From assembly GCA_002633005.1 (NCBI GenBank), contig NMRA01000034.1, forward strand, positions 77,038 to 141,037: a stretch of DNA of 64,000 bases, read 5' to 3'. A program made the translations under genes and the position numbers. Below are positions 54,201-64,000 of this stretch, one piece after another (the first letter of the stretch is position 1; every line of letters starts with the position of its first letter). The notes under the pieces are model-generated. The model ran no database searches and was not told where the DNA came from. It saw nothing but the letters and a program-made list of their open reading frames with translations. This DNA is from Phoronis australis. Lineage: Eukaryota; Animalia; Phoronida.

Positions 54201-57200
54201 GGGCGCTTATTAGGGCGAATACGGTATTTTACTTTCTATCACACAAGCTAAAGCGCAATTAGTTTACACCTGAGTGAGGGATCTGTGGACTCAGTACTAA
54301 TACTTGACTTCCAACGCTCTACTTCAGCTAGACTTTGTCCAAAAGTAAAACCATGATCACTGTTCAAGTAGCTAAGTAGTAAAACCATGATCACTGTTCA
54401 TGTACCTAAGTAGTAAAACCATGATCACTGTTCATGTAGCTAAGTAGTAAAACCATGATCACTGTTCATGTAGCTAAGTAGTAAAACCATGATCACTGTT
54501 CATGTAGCTAAGTAGTAAAACCATGATCACTGTTCATGTAGCTAAGTAGTAAAACCATGATCACTGTTCATGTAGCTAAGTAGCACTTTGGCTCTCTATG
54601 ACACAGTCACAAAGAAGTCACAATGTCAAAAATCTAAGGGTCTATTAGGAGACTTTCATCTATAATGAATTGCGGGATGGCTGTCAGCTTGTACATTACC
54701 GATGACAGTACAGATAATATGGGACTGCATTGGGAGACAAGTAAATAAAGACGTAAAACAAATCTTGTCATTATGATCACACGGCCATTAAAAGTATCGG
54801 TCGACAGCAACAAGCTTGTTGGTGCGCATACAACTAAGCATACATCATACAAAACTTAAAAGCATCGAATTAATACAATGGATTTAAGCAAATCTTTTGC
54901 CTGAAAGATTCATCATGCACAATCAGAACCCACTGAAGTTACCTACAACACCACCTAAAACACAAATTATCAAATAGTTTGCACATCCCCAAGTTACCTG
55001 TGATGTCACCTGATGTTTACAAGTCAATAACGGTTCCACATGTATTTGAAAAATGACAACCGCACCGTAGATAAAATATCGCAAATTAAGTTGTGTCTTC
55101 GATTGCAATATATAATATTGTTGATGGAGTCAAACCTGTGACTGTAGGGAAAGTTTAATGTGCCAGTTCAATGCATCATTGAAAATTTTGAAGCACCAAT
55201 GGTGTGGGTCCGGTTCCAAAAATAGTCTCCTTGGAAGAGTTCTAATTTATCTAATTTAGCTGATGCACAAGGTCCCCAAAGTACTGGAGAATTTACGAGT
55301 TTTCAAGTAAAAAGTGGAGACTAGGAAAAGCTAACAATATTTGGTAAATCTGTTACCAGTGCCCAGTCAGGTTCTACTTGCCAGATATGCTGCGACTCGC
55401 GAAAAATCAAGTGAATGTTTTGGAATACTAAAAGACAGTGAATATCAAACGAATTTTCAAGTCCTGTAGATTTTTCTATAATTCCTACCAATGGACTATA
55501 CTCTTTATTTCCAAGTAGCAATATTAAAGTGGCTTAAGCACTAGAACTTTTGCAGACAGCAACTGCTCACCAATTTAGGGCTCAATGTGGCATACAAGTG
55601 AAATTTTATTTTCTCCTATTTTCAATATAAGATATGTGGCACCACATTAACACTTTTACGTATTCAAACTTTGTACCATAGCTACCAATAGACAATATTT
55701 CGATGGAAATCCTTGAAAAATGAAAAAGAAAATTTTGTCTTAAAAAGGGTTTGATTTTAGCGTACGACAAATTAGCCTTGAGCGACATCTACAGTTTACA
55801 TTACAAAAGTTGACACGGAGCAGCCAACACAAAGTGAGTTGACACAGAGCAACTACGTGTATACACAAATTGAAACAGAACAAGTTCTCACATCAGCGAC
55901 CATTTTGTCACCAGGTTTTGATAAACAGCAACTTGCGATCACCTTTTTGCATGTCAATTAGATACATCGAAACGTAAAACTGGGGCAAAGCAGATCCAAT
56001 TGAATTACCTGCACTAGCGCAATAATGTACGTACAGGTGACCATATTCACAGCATATAAATGCCAACGTCTTTTGCCTTTTACTTGTATAGTTCAACTGT
56101 TACAGATTCATGTTTTTCTGCCTCTAAATATATAAAAACTTGCATCACTTTCTCTTACTTAACATAAAGTGCAACTTCTGCTAGATATATAAATCACGAG
56201 TATATATGCAAGTCATATTCCTGGCTACTTACACCATGCCATCATTCCTCTATTGTGTGTGTGTAGGCCTAAATGGCTACCGGGCACCGACCATCTTGCA
56301 AGTTGTGTTAGTTTGCGCCGGGTCACAGTTAACATCTAAATAGGGCTTTCAGCTTGTACTCCTTGGTCAGATGGTCAGTTACTGAATGTCCGTTGCAATC
56401 ACTAGGCAAGCAGTCTTAGTCACTTGGAGCATAATACAATCCCAGCTCCTTAATATGTCACTGCCTTTGGTGGACAGTGACTTAGAGATCTAGTTTCATC
56501 CACTGAGTAATGTATTCAGTGACTGTCTGTTTCTCTAAGTCAGAGGCCCACTTTATTTGACCAGTGCCCTTTAATGTATGACAGTGCGTTTGAAGTGTTT
56601 AAATGGGAGCAATGAAAGAGCAAAATTAAAGTAATGCGTGAAGAGCCCACAGGCATCCTCAGCTTCTGATCGTCCCCAATACACTACATATAATACTACA
56701 AGGTATGACATTCCGGGCTAGAAATTCCACGGCTGCTTCGATTCAGCCGTCCATATCAAACACATAACTCAATAAAGTTACACAAAACAGGGGTTCAACA
56801 AACCATGAACAATTGTTCTTTCTTATAATACCATCCACGGTGTCCTGTTCCGGCGACTTCGTAAGAAATTCGCAGTCAAAGAACAAAGATGTTCCCAAAA
56901 AGTCCAAACACACTTACAACCGTGTCGGTTCGAGGTCAAGGACGATACGGAAATTACCGATGAATTACGGATGGACGGTGTAATCGACATCGTGACTTTA
57001 CGCTACAAACTGGCAATTTCCGTATCATCCTTGAACTCGAACCGACACGGTTGTAAGTGTGTTTGGACTTTTTGAGAACATTTTTGTTTTTTGACTGCGA
57101 ATTTCTAACGAAGTCGGCGGAACAGGACATCGTGGATGGTATTATTATAAGAAAGAACAATTGTTCATGGTTTGTTGAACCCTTATTTTGTCTAACTTTA

Positions 57201-57599
57201 TTGAGTTATGTGTTTGATATGGACGGCTGAATCGAAGCAGCTGTGGAATATCTAGCCCGGAGTGTCATACCTTGTAATATTATATGTAGTGTAGTGGGGA
57301 CGATCAGAAGCTGACGATGCCTGTGGAAGAGCCAAGCAGGGGACATGCTCGGAGACAAAGTCCGAGTCCGACTTAAGAGTACTTAAGCAAGAACAATTCA
57401 AATGAATGTTTGTCTTATTTAGAATACACATGTTATAATTACCAGATAGACTTCTCTGAGCAACCGGTCGACTCGCAAACGTATCTGGTGAAGTAAATTT
57501 AGCAGGAGCTTGAGAAACTCGAGGTGGGGACGAAGAATTACAAGATGGCGGCCTCTGATTCCCGTTCGACAAACCACGAAAATTCAAACTACCGCTCAT
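21219..57599 (-). CDS. TLK: Tousled-like serine/threonine kinase, complete spliced gene (21 coding exons, ~751 aa)
   Basis: Exons join in frame with GT-AG boundaries (2256 nt incl. stop). N-terminal [19 protein letters not shown] resembles human MEELHSLDPRRQELLEARF; NLS RKRKRK; coiled coils; kinase motifs [42 protein letters not shown]. Confidence 0.96.
21826..21935 (-). CDS. TLK: TLK exon 20 ([17 protein letters not shown]...[12 protein letters not shown])
   Basis: FIRRCL.YRKE kinase subdomain XI; GTGAGT donor. Confidence 0.95.
22194..22301 (-). CDS. TLK: TLK exon 19 ([36 protein letters not shown])
   Basis: PFGHN.SQ..IL.ENTILKA signature. Confidence 0.96.
22864..22975 (-). CDS. TLK: TLK exon 18 ([37 protein letters not shown])
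   Basis: PPE and DVWS motifs. Confidence 0.97.
24042..24180 (-). CDS. TLK: TLK exon 17 (NILMG...[11 protein letters not shown]...[10 protein letters not shown])
   Basis: DFG motif and activation loop. Confidence 0.97.
24487..24656 (-). CDS. TLK: TLK exon 16 ([19 protein letters not shown]...IHYDLKP)
   Basis: Catalytic loop HYDLKP. Confidence 0.97.
26284..26373 (-). CDS. TLK: TLK exon 15 ([29 protein letters not shown])
   Basis: alphaC helix and HPRIVKL; phase 2/2. Confidence 0.96.
26827..27418. mobile_element. MITE with ~40-55-bp TIRs, superfamily unassigned
   Basis: CTCGCTGGTTCCCT...TAGCCAGCACGCAGGTATCA on the left and its reverse complement at 27379-27418. Confidence 0.75.
27455..29082 (+). 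mobile_element. Kolobok-like non-autonomous DNA transposon with THAP remnant
   Basis: TTAA TSD (27451-27454 and 29083-29086); TIR AAGGGRACTGTART; ORF start at 27748 [15 protein letters not shown]...YHR resembles a THAP N-terminus. Confidence 0.78.
29689..29780 (-). CDS. TLK: TLK exon 14 ([30 protein letters not shown])
   Basis: Kinase subdomain II lysine. Confidence 0.97.
29855..30030. repeat. Polypurine (GA)n low-complexity tract
   Basis: Almost pure G/A on the plus strand. Confidence 0.9.
30954..31035 (-). CDS. TLK: TLK exon 13 ([27 protein letters not shown])
   Basis: Kinase glycine-rich loop. Confidence 0.97.
32171..32335 (-). CDS. TLK: TLK exon 12 ([11 protein letters not shown]...[21 protein letters not shown])
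   Basis: Near-invariant TLK motif [20 protein letters not shown]. Confidence 0.97.
33087..33218 (-). CDS. TLK: TLK exon 11 ([24 protein letters not shown]...FLKPGEK)
   Basis: Coiled coil with KKKP; phase 2/2. Confidence 0.92.
33905..34044 (-). CDS. TLK: TLK exon 10 (SELERK...NRLRLGQF...[11 protein letters not shown])
   Basis: RLRLG and W.DGYAF signature. Confidence 0.95.
34969..35097 (-). CDS. TLK: TLK exon 9 (VLTLQHE...[10 protein letters not shown]...LKTLLLEK)
   Basis: Matches human [26 protein letters not shown]. Confidence 0.92.
35525..36121. mobile_element. PIF/Harbinger-type MITE
   Basis: TIR GGGCTGTTCYAGWAAAATCTGTRTGGG; 3-bp TTA TSD; internal ~36-bp direct duplication at 35924-35996. 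Confidence 0.82.
36488..36577 (-). CDS. TLK: TLK exon 8 ([10 protein letters not shown]...EMQK)
   Basis: Start of coiled coil; TAG/GTAAGT; phase 0/0. Confidence 0.85.
37485..37574 (-). CDS. TLK: TLK exon 7 ([13 protein letters not shown]...HKYVQ)
   Basis: Ser-rich linker ending HKYVQ (human HKSTQ); phase 0/0. Confidence 0.8.
38705..39194. mobile_element. hAT-like MITE with 6-bp TSD
   Basis: Termini CAGGGCTTGGAAT and ATTTCAAGCCTTG; flanked by TTCTAC on both sides. Confidence 0.72.
39845..40120. repeat. Minisatellite, ~55-bp unit x5 in A-B-A-B-hybrid order
   Basis: TCATCATAGCC...TGGTCT...TTTTACCCCAGC units with alternating GAGCCTGGTCTATCAG and GAACATGGTCTGACAA cores. Confidence 0.92.
40564..40629 (-). 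CDS. TLK: TLK exon 6 ([22 protein letters not shown])
   Basis: GTSP motif as in TLK2; CAG/GTAGAT; phase 0/0. Confidence 0.8.
41670..41725 (-). CDS. TLK: TLK exon 5 ([18 protein letters not shown])
   Basis: KISEYF resembles KISDYF (PIP-box-like) of TLKs; phase 1/0. Confidence 0.9.
42330..42900. repeat. Interspersed repeat with internal duplication; related fragments at ~440-600, ~18590-18675, ~47560-47740
   Basis: Shared TGAAAGTTTCATATGAAT...GCCATTTC.GA.ATG block. Confidence 0.5.
43047..43924. repeat. 438-bp tandem duplication across N at 43486, probable assembly artefact
   Basis: 43047-43485 and 43487-43924 differ by 2 substitutions and one 1-bp indel; the junction is exactly the N. Confidence 0.85.
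43991..44069 (-). CDS. TLK: TLK exon 4 ([18 protein letters not shown]...; NLS)
   Basis: TPEK and RKRK motifs; CAG/GTGAGT. Confidence 0.92.
44959..45096 (-). CDS. TLK: TLK exon 3 (LISHTSQ...[12 protein letters not shown])
   Basis: SDKE motif typical of TLK; phase 0/0. Confidence 0.85.
45891..45964 (-). CDS. TLK: TLK exon 2 ([24 protein letters not shown])
   Basis: Conserved TLK N-terminal motif; CAG/GTAGGT boundaries; in-frame ATG at 45959 is a possible alternative start. Confidence 0.93.
47113..47286. repeat. Direct tandem duplication, 94-bp period
   Basis: ACATCATGGACTAACTTGCATTTCTTAAACA...TTCAAAATGACT at 47113 and 47207. Confidence 0.9.
50175..51660 (-). mobile_element. Tc1/mariner superfamily (Tc2/pogo-like CCGTA termini) non-autonomous element with decayed HIRAN-like ORF
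   Basis: 25-bp TIR CCGTATTTGCCGTAATAACCGCCCA at both ends; TA TSD; inserted in a Helentron-like element. Confidence 0.85.
50395..50603 (-). pseudogene. Degenerate HIRAN-like domain coding fragment inside a transposon
   Basis: [16 protein letters not shown]...[12 protein letters not shown]...[21 protein letters not shown]; pattern recalled from invertebrate HIRAN-like proteins, not verified by HMM. Confidence 0.65.
52357..52572 (+). mobile_element. tRNA-derived SINE, second copy, inserted in a Helentron-like element
   Basis: TGTGGCCTAGTG ... GTTCGAGTCTC; shares CACTGCTA.ACCCTTG.GTCAGG, CTCGGTTTTA, TTCCAGGTGA and AGACC.CCTGCA.TTATTTT with the 19.2-19.4 kb copy. Confidence 0.75.
53341..54224 (+). 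mobile_element. Second, internally deleted and inverted copy of the Tc2/pogo-like HIRAN-bearing family
   Basis: TIR CYGTATTCGCCCTAAT; TA TSD; internal blocks match the reverse complement of 50175-51660 (e.g. GGTGAAATCGGAAGCTA.GATTCATC). Confidence 0.82.
53864..54035 (+). pseudogene. HIRAN-like domain fragment ([47 protein letters not shown]...GLEL)
   Basis: D.Y.V.V....VGH.P core; paralogous to 50395-50603. Confidence 0.65.
54344..54583. repeat. Minisatellite, 34-bp unit x7
   Basis: AGTAAAACCATGATCACTGTTCATGTAGCTAAGT, nearly perfect, no spacers. Confidence 0.97.
56648..57325. mobile_element. Palindromic (foldback) MITE, P-element-like (hAT not excluded), in TLK intron 1
   Basis: ~310-bp inverted arms (56648-56958 and 57012-57325); termini CACAGG/CCTGTG; exact 8-bp TSD GAAGAGCC (56640-56647 and 57326-57333). 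Confidence 0.88.
57443..57599 (-). CDS. TLK: TLK exon 1 ([26 protein letters not shown]...RSLS-G)
   Basis: ATG at 57599; phase-1 GTAATT donor matches the phase-1 start of the next exon; S/P-rich like the TLK1 N-terminal extension; CpG-rich promoter-like context. Weak homology and 11.5-kb intron, so less certain. Confidence 0.7.
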
Positions 57600-57800
57600 T
57601 AAAACAACGTTTCGATCAATAATGTAAGAATTCGACCCCCTGGTTTCACGTTCACAACCACTCGCACTTGATTGCAATGGCTGATCAGCAGAAATTTCGG
57701 GGTATTTGTCTCGACTTTCCAACACATCAAATCCCGATGTTTAGGTGATGACGTCAAGTGCACGCGAGATTTTGCTTATTGTTTCCCGCCTTTTATATTT
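57541..57800 (-). promoter_or_regulatory. Probable TLK promoter/5' UTR
   Basis: CpG-enriched; palindromic CRE TGACGTCA at 57749-57756; YY1-type CAAGATGGCGGC at 57541-57552; adjacent to the exon 1 ATG. Confidence 0.55.
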
Positions 57801-58149
57801 TAACCAAATTCACATTTTTGGTAAACAAAAACATATTATAAGAAAACAGTTGAACATAGGCATCGGGTCTGGCATTTCCTAGACATAGATAAGATATTCT
57901 TTGCATAATTTATTGTGGTTATTATTGTGATTATTATTGTGATTATGATTTGTCGTTTGAGTTTTTTTGAAGGAATGAGATTATGGAGGAACCCTTTCTA
58001 GAGATAACTGGGTTACGTAATACATTATTCCTAAAAATAATGAAAAATATTCCATCCAAAAACAGCAATACTAAAATACAACAAATGAACTCTATTAGTC
58101 GTTTTCCTGTTTCTGTGAAAGGAAGGCAAAAAACACGCTGAACGGTTCA

Positions 58150-58275
58150 ACACCAGCAGCCGCATGGTCTGACCCTGTCCCGGGCGGGGACTCGATCGCC
58201 GGGGCACCGTCTTGGTCAACTAATTTTGGGTCGCGGATGGACGGTCCTGAGCCATTTCGCCAACAGGTTGCCTGC
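58150..58275 (-). mobile_element. Possible tRNA-like SINE head upstream of TLK
   Basis: A-box-like TGGCGAAATGG (58262-58252) and B-box-like GATCGAGTCC (58197-58188); no clean cloverleaf. Confidence 0.35.
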
Positions 58276-61200
58276 GGTGTGTGACAAGTATTTGAAAGCC
58301 ACCGGTATATGAAATAGGTCTACTGTTCTCAGTGCCGATGGGCCCGCGGCTTCTAGCGCCGGGCGCCGGGGCGGGCCCAAAATAGCCCATTTTTTATTAA
58401 GAAGGTTCAGTTAGTGAAGTTATTCTAAAACGGCTTAAAAGCATGTGAAAGAAAAAATCTTTATAGTGCAGACATTGAATCGCTCTATTAAAAGACAGTC
58501 TTTGAATTTTCAAAGTGGTTTCCGTTAACCGTCACTGGAGGGCCAAAATTCGTTAAATTTTGCCCAATTTTGTATAATTGATTTTTATCCATTTTTGAGG
58601 TGCTGTGGGGGCCAGTTTGTGGGGTGCTGGTGATTTACAATGATATTTTTCATTAGCTTGCTGCTTGACTAAGAAAATGAAAAAAATAAAAATGGGCATT
58701 TTTGTTTTCAAGCAACAGTCGATAGAATACCATCACGCATTTTACAATGTCTTACTTTGGGCAGTATGCAGTTCTTTCTCATAAACATCATAAAGGGGCT
58801 TCATAAATTCTTGCAACTATGTTTCTGTGGTGAACAAATAAGTCGACCTCAATTTTTTGATACTTTGACTACTGGCAGCAGTTTTTATAACTAGGTTTTT
58901 TGGTGAAATTTCATGAAATTTGGTTAAAACATTTCCATTGAGGAAACGATGGCACATGCATGCTTGAGAACGGCGTTTCAATATTAATCCGCTATTCTGT
59001 TACAAAATTTTGTTCTCTGTCAACTATTGTACTTGAAGAAGACTTTTAGTTAATATTTAAACCTCGTTTACATGTTGCACCCTAGCGTCGTTTTTATTTT
59101 CCACTTCTAACTTATAATTTGGAAAAAAAAATAATATTATTTAGATAACCAAGTTTTCGAAAGAGTCAACCCTGTGTTGCCACACCAGTCAGTGATAGTT
59201 TTAGCACTTTGGAAATATCTTACATGTGCCAACCCCCCATCAGTCGCTAACTGATGCTGTGCCCCTGTAACGTCCATCTTATTACCTGATAATATCATTA
59301 TATACAACATATAAAGTCACTTTTGTCATTTTTACAGGATGCTAATTATTTAACCGTTTCCACCCACATTTGATTTTGTCAGTTGTTCTCACACTCTCAT
59401 GAGAGATAAAAATGATATCTCTTTTAAGAAAATATTGGACTCACGGGTTTCAAAATTTAATAGTAGCTAAAGTGATCTCAGTACAAATTGACACGCAAAC
59501 TATAATTATGCTAACAGCCTTTTAACACAATAAGTAACTTAGAAGATACTTTAATTGTAAATTTTCAGCAATACAGCCTGAACCAATTAAAGCTTAAATA
59601 CGTTAAGTATGAAAGTATGAAAGTAGACAAGCACAATTGTGATCATGGCAACTGAAGTACCGCAAAAGCGTTCCTCCTTAAACTATAACTTGGCAAGCAC
59701 GGTAATAAATAATATGAAGCCATGAGACACAAAGTTCGAATAAGCTTCGCACTTCATAATTCAAACGTAAACTCATTTCTGTAAATTAAGTAAGATTTTT
59801 CACATTTTGTTGCTTTGGTATATCTTGGAGTAGAAGGTAAATGCGCATTTTGTGCATGAAATTTAAAAAATCTGAGTTCTGTTGTGACGCATAATCATAC
59901 CTTGAACAGAAGTTGACTTTCAAACAAAAAAAACTATTTCAAAACAATTTTAACAAAATTTATCAGAGTGCAAGGTCTATTGAATGGGCACTTCACATTG
60001 AAACGAGTAGACGATTCATAATAGTTACGGCACATGCACCGGAAATTGTACAAAACTACTTTTTTGTAGTAACGTGTCTGCAAATGTATGATAGTTAAAT
60101 CTTCACCAATGACAATGTACCTGGTTGAACATGCCTTTCAGTTCAAATAAGTCGCCATGTCGTTCAAAGTGAGCACTTAAACTACTCAGTAAGTTACACC
60201 TGTGTTTAAACACTTGGATTGTAAAGAATGGTACACAAGGATATGTGTTACTAAATTTTACTGCCAGAATGTTTGTGAAAATAATGTTCATTAAGCCCTT
60301 TAAACCCATAATCTATGCCGCTGACATCGCAAGATGGCCGACCCGACCAAAATAAAATCAATACTAGACACGTAAATAGGGATAACTTTTGAATGCATCA
60401 TGGGATTTTGATTTTTCTATTTCAAACATCAATGCCTTTCCTGTGACATAGGCTTTTGTTTTCAAATTGAAAAAATAATTATCGGTTCGACCGCTTCATG
60501 CAGTCTCGAACCCTTAATTCAAAAGAAATGTTTATAAATAAAAGCGAAGTTGCCTTGAAATAGTGCAGAAATCGGAATATTTCATTGAAAATCTCATCTC
60601 ATGAATCATTCATGTCAGCCTAAAAATTGCCCACAGCCCGCAAACTGGCTTGTTTCAACACTACAAAAACGTGCTTCCCGATTTATTTTCCCTGTCTCGT
60701 GATGAATACAGCAAAATCATTAGTATCAATTATATTTGTTAGTCCTCATGTCCCACTTCCTATCCCCATTATGTATTGCATACAATCTTTCTATTTTTAT
60801 GTTGGAAAATTGGTGTTTTCGGTATGCAAAAACGTGTCGTTTTCTTCGTAAACTTTTGAAGGCCTATAGGTATAAAAACTAAGGGGCCAATAAGTGCAAA
60901 ATTGGTGATTTTTGTATCAGAGCCACACCATGATCACATTCACAAAGTTTAAGTTGATTCTGGAAGATGACCTCTAGAGTGATTTTTTAATTTATCTAGA
61001 TTTTCTCATGGAATGGCTCTTAACTATCAAATTACAATTATTGCAACCTACAGGGCTCTCAATGGTCCAAGGGCCAATGTTGGAGATTCACAGATAGTGA
61101 ATTGGGAACTGACCTGGCTGGCCAACTACCCGAGGACTTAGTAGTCCGCCGCGACGACTAGGCAGAGTCCGACCACCAAACGTCACGATGGATGGGTGTA

Positions 61201-62845
61201 TCTGAAGTGGACGAGCAATGCCGTAAATCTATTAGTTTGGAGGATTTATGGGCCAAGATATTATTTTCTGTCCCGTTTTGATTCAAAGCCTTTCATTCGT
61301 CCGGCGGAGTGACTGATCGGCTTTAACTACATTTTATCTTATCGACTAGACACTGTTAATTGTTTTGGCTGTTGATTAGTTTTAGTAAGGCGGTGTGAAT
61401 TGTCATTGTTTTGAACAACCCCCATAGAATCTGAATGCGTGCATTCAAGAAATTTTAACGCGTCCGTGGGCCAAAGGATGAGCTTCCAATCACAGTGCGT
61501 CAATGAATTTTTTCATGCGCCAATCTGGATGGACGCTCTCCAAAGATTACCCCTGAAGCATTTACTACGTAAGCCAACACTGCCGACTAGAGCGACGTCT
61601 TTCGTGAAAATTCCCCTGAAGCGGTAACTGCATATTGCAACAGTCACCAGCCATTTCAGTACCCGTATGCTCGGTCCAGATAAGGTCAATATAAGTATGA
61701 GTAATTACTAAACCCATGTCGACAAATTTGATTTCAATTCGCCACTGAATTATGGGTGTCTACTGCGTACGGCAGCTCCTGATACGGCAAATGACACCGA
61801 TTCTTAATCCCTTTTGTATGTGATTTTAGGCCTAGGGCTGCAGCGTTATGGATTATGCGGATAGACTCCGATAGTCTATCGATATTTTCTTATCAATACT
61901 GTATTAGTTATCGACAGTTCTATAACTATGGGTGCGACTACAATCTGTTTGGACCTGTTTTCATACAATTCCGTTAGAAGATTTAGTGTTCACAACAGTT
62001 ATTATCATTATTATTATTATTATCAGCAGCATTCATTACGTAACTTTCATGAACAAACCCGTGCATCCCGGAGGGCAAGGAAGAGTTGCTCTATTTGCCA
62101 TACTGACACAAAATGATGAAAACATTTCAAAACAACAAAATCATTGACAGATGCTTCCAGACAATATAAGTGTTGCTCACTCTAAACAGTAAGATATAGC
62201 GTCACGTGATTAGGCCTACTAAGATGGTGATTTTGTGTTGAAATCAGTGTTTGTTAGCATGCAACACTTAAGTTCAAGATAAGGCGTCCCATGGCATAGT
62301 ATAAAGCGCCAAAGGGTTCTTAAATGAATACCTTTCTGTAAGTTGAAATGTGCTTATTTAACGCGCAAAATTGGTTATTCAAACGAGAACTGAAGAATTA
62401 TTATTAAATGCGCAGAATTGTTCATTCGTGGAAGAACAAAGCTTAAATTTCTTTGTAGTTGCTGATTTCTACAAGGCGCGAGCATGTTAATGAAAGTGCT
62501 ATTAGGAACAAGTAAGTTTAGAATTGTATTGATTAATTTCCAATTAATTTTGACTTTTGCTAAATGCTGACATTCAGTCAATTTCAGAAGCAGCAATGAC
62601 AATAACATAATTCAGACTCTGTTCGCTTGATGACTTCACAACCCTAAGTGGTCATTTATACTAAGACGGTGAAACCAGTTACTACGTTACAATTGGTTGG
62701 AATTTGGGGAGCCTTCATGAACCGCTTCTAGTCTTTGATTGGGCATTATTCAGTTCACGTACATGAATAAAGTACGGGTACTGAAGGCCCGCGGTGGATA
62801 ACCAATTCTGTATGTCGAAGTACCTTTCTGCACGTTGAACTAAAT

Positions 62846-63297
62846 GTAAGCGTTGATTAAGCTGAACTACTAAACACGTTTTAGTCGAAAGTTCTTAAGA
62901 TTATTCAACGCGTACTTTTGTTTAATCAACGCGTATGGTTTTACTTAATCAACGCGATGAACCTGAGTTATGTGGTATGTCTAATCAAAGACAAATTTAC
63001 ATTCAGTACGTAACGGCGCTTCATTTACACGGTCACGTGATAAGAATCGGCAACATTCTTCAGAAGTTGCCTTGCACCCGTGTAGAAAGTCTTCAATCAT
63101 TTTTAAAGTTGAGAGCACGGGCGTGATTGGATTAGGTGGACAGATTACAAGTACGCATAGAATAAGCAATAGTGTGCGTTGAATGAGAGCAGAACGATAA
63201 TCGTTTAAGAACTAAAAATATGCGTTGGTTAAGCAAAACTACGCGCGGATTAAGCAAAACTACGCCGTTGATTAAGCAAAACTACGCGTTGATTAAG
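62846..63297. mobile_element. Element with inverted arrays of 22-bp subterminal repeats
   Basis: (TTAATCAACGCGTA.TTTTG) x2-3 at 62900-62956 facing (AAGCAAAACTACGCGTTGATT) x3-4 at 63221-63297. Confidence 0.55.
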
Positions 63298-64000
63298 AGC
63301 ATGTGCATGTTCACTGGTCACCCCTGAGATTCCCTTAGCCCTCACTCACACAACTTTTTAATGCCTATTCAGCACGCCCTTTGTATTCGAGCTCACGAAG
63401 CGGAAAAGGTAATCGTAGCTCTAATTTTTCAACAGTGGTTATTAAATGCACCGAAATATTGGTTTTCTCTGACATTTGCACAGAGTTAAAGACTGAAATG
63501 TCGAAAGTTTGGGTTTAATGGCATTTTAGATATTACGAAATATCTAAACACGGTAACTTGGGTTAACTTGACAAGGACCATTTCCCCGGCAAACGATCAT
63601 TGGTTTTAACTACCTGGTGTGTTTCATGCTGTGGTTTTAGTAATTTTATTTTTAATATTCCAGTCTACTTCTTAAAGTTAGAATTGTTTTGTTTCCTGCC
63701 GGGTTGCTACCATTTGATTTTATGTTTAAACTTTAAAGGCGAAGGCAACCTTTTTCCATGTCATTTTGAGCTAAAATAAGGTTGGTTGGTTATCCTAGAC
63801 ATATTTTCCACTTAATTACAGGTTTTCGTAATTTTATTAATTACTCGTCCGCTACTGCGGAAGTGACGTTTTAGGAGGCAAGCATTTCGCGCCAATTTCT
63901 TTTCATATAGTCTGACTGTGAGAGCTGCCGAGTCAGTCATTGTTCTACCTCGGTTGTGTTAAGTTCCGTCGTCGTTTGCTTTCATTTACTAGTCAGTCAA

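Noticed and set aside
54344-54583. 34-bp repeats resembling a CRISPR array
   Set aside because: Head-to-tail units with no unique spacers, eukaryotic intron, no cas genes.
57252-57725. 157-aa standalone ORF
   Set aside because: Better explained as TLK exon 1 (57599-57443) plus open 5' UTR and intron/MITE read-through; the listed start is a non-ATG codon.
58400-62800. Short ORFs upstream of TLK
   Set aside because: All under 80 aa, AT-rich, no domain motifs or consistent exon chain; treated as intergenic repeat debris.

Overview
AT-rich, intron-rich animal (invertebrate-like metazoan) genomic DNA; the species cannot be identified from the sequence alone. Two genes lie in tandem on the minus strand. 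(1) A complete Tousled-like kinase gene (TLK; 21 coding exons from 57599 down to 21219, all GT-AG, phases consistent, 751 aa by hand count). (2) The 5' part of the U5 snRNP DEAD-box helicase DDX23/PRP28 (probable non-coding exon 1 near 16.0 kb, then 12 coding exons from 15298 down to 1002, continuing off the left edge). Introns and intergenic DNA are dense with non-autonomous transposons: a palindromic P-like MITE with 8-bp TSD, Tc2/pogo-like elements carrying a decayed HIRAN-like ORF, a Kolobok with a THAP remnant, a Harbinger MITE, hAT-like MITEs with 6-bp TSDs, tRNA-derived SINEs, and Helentron/DINE-like elements whose ~155-bp subunits each carry a CTCF-like motif. Several minisatellites are also present. 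Two single N bases look like scaffold joins: one probably hides the DDX23 start codon, the other creates a false 438-bp duplication. Most ORFs in the six-frame track are spurious. All alignments and coordinates were done by eye.
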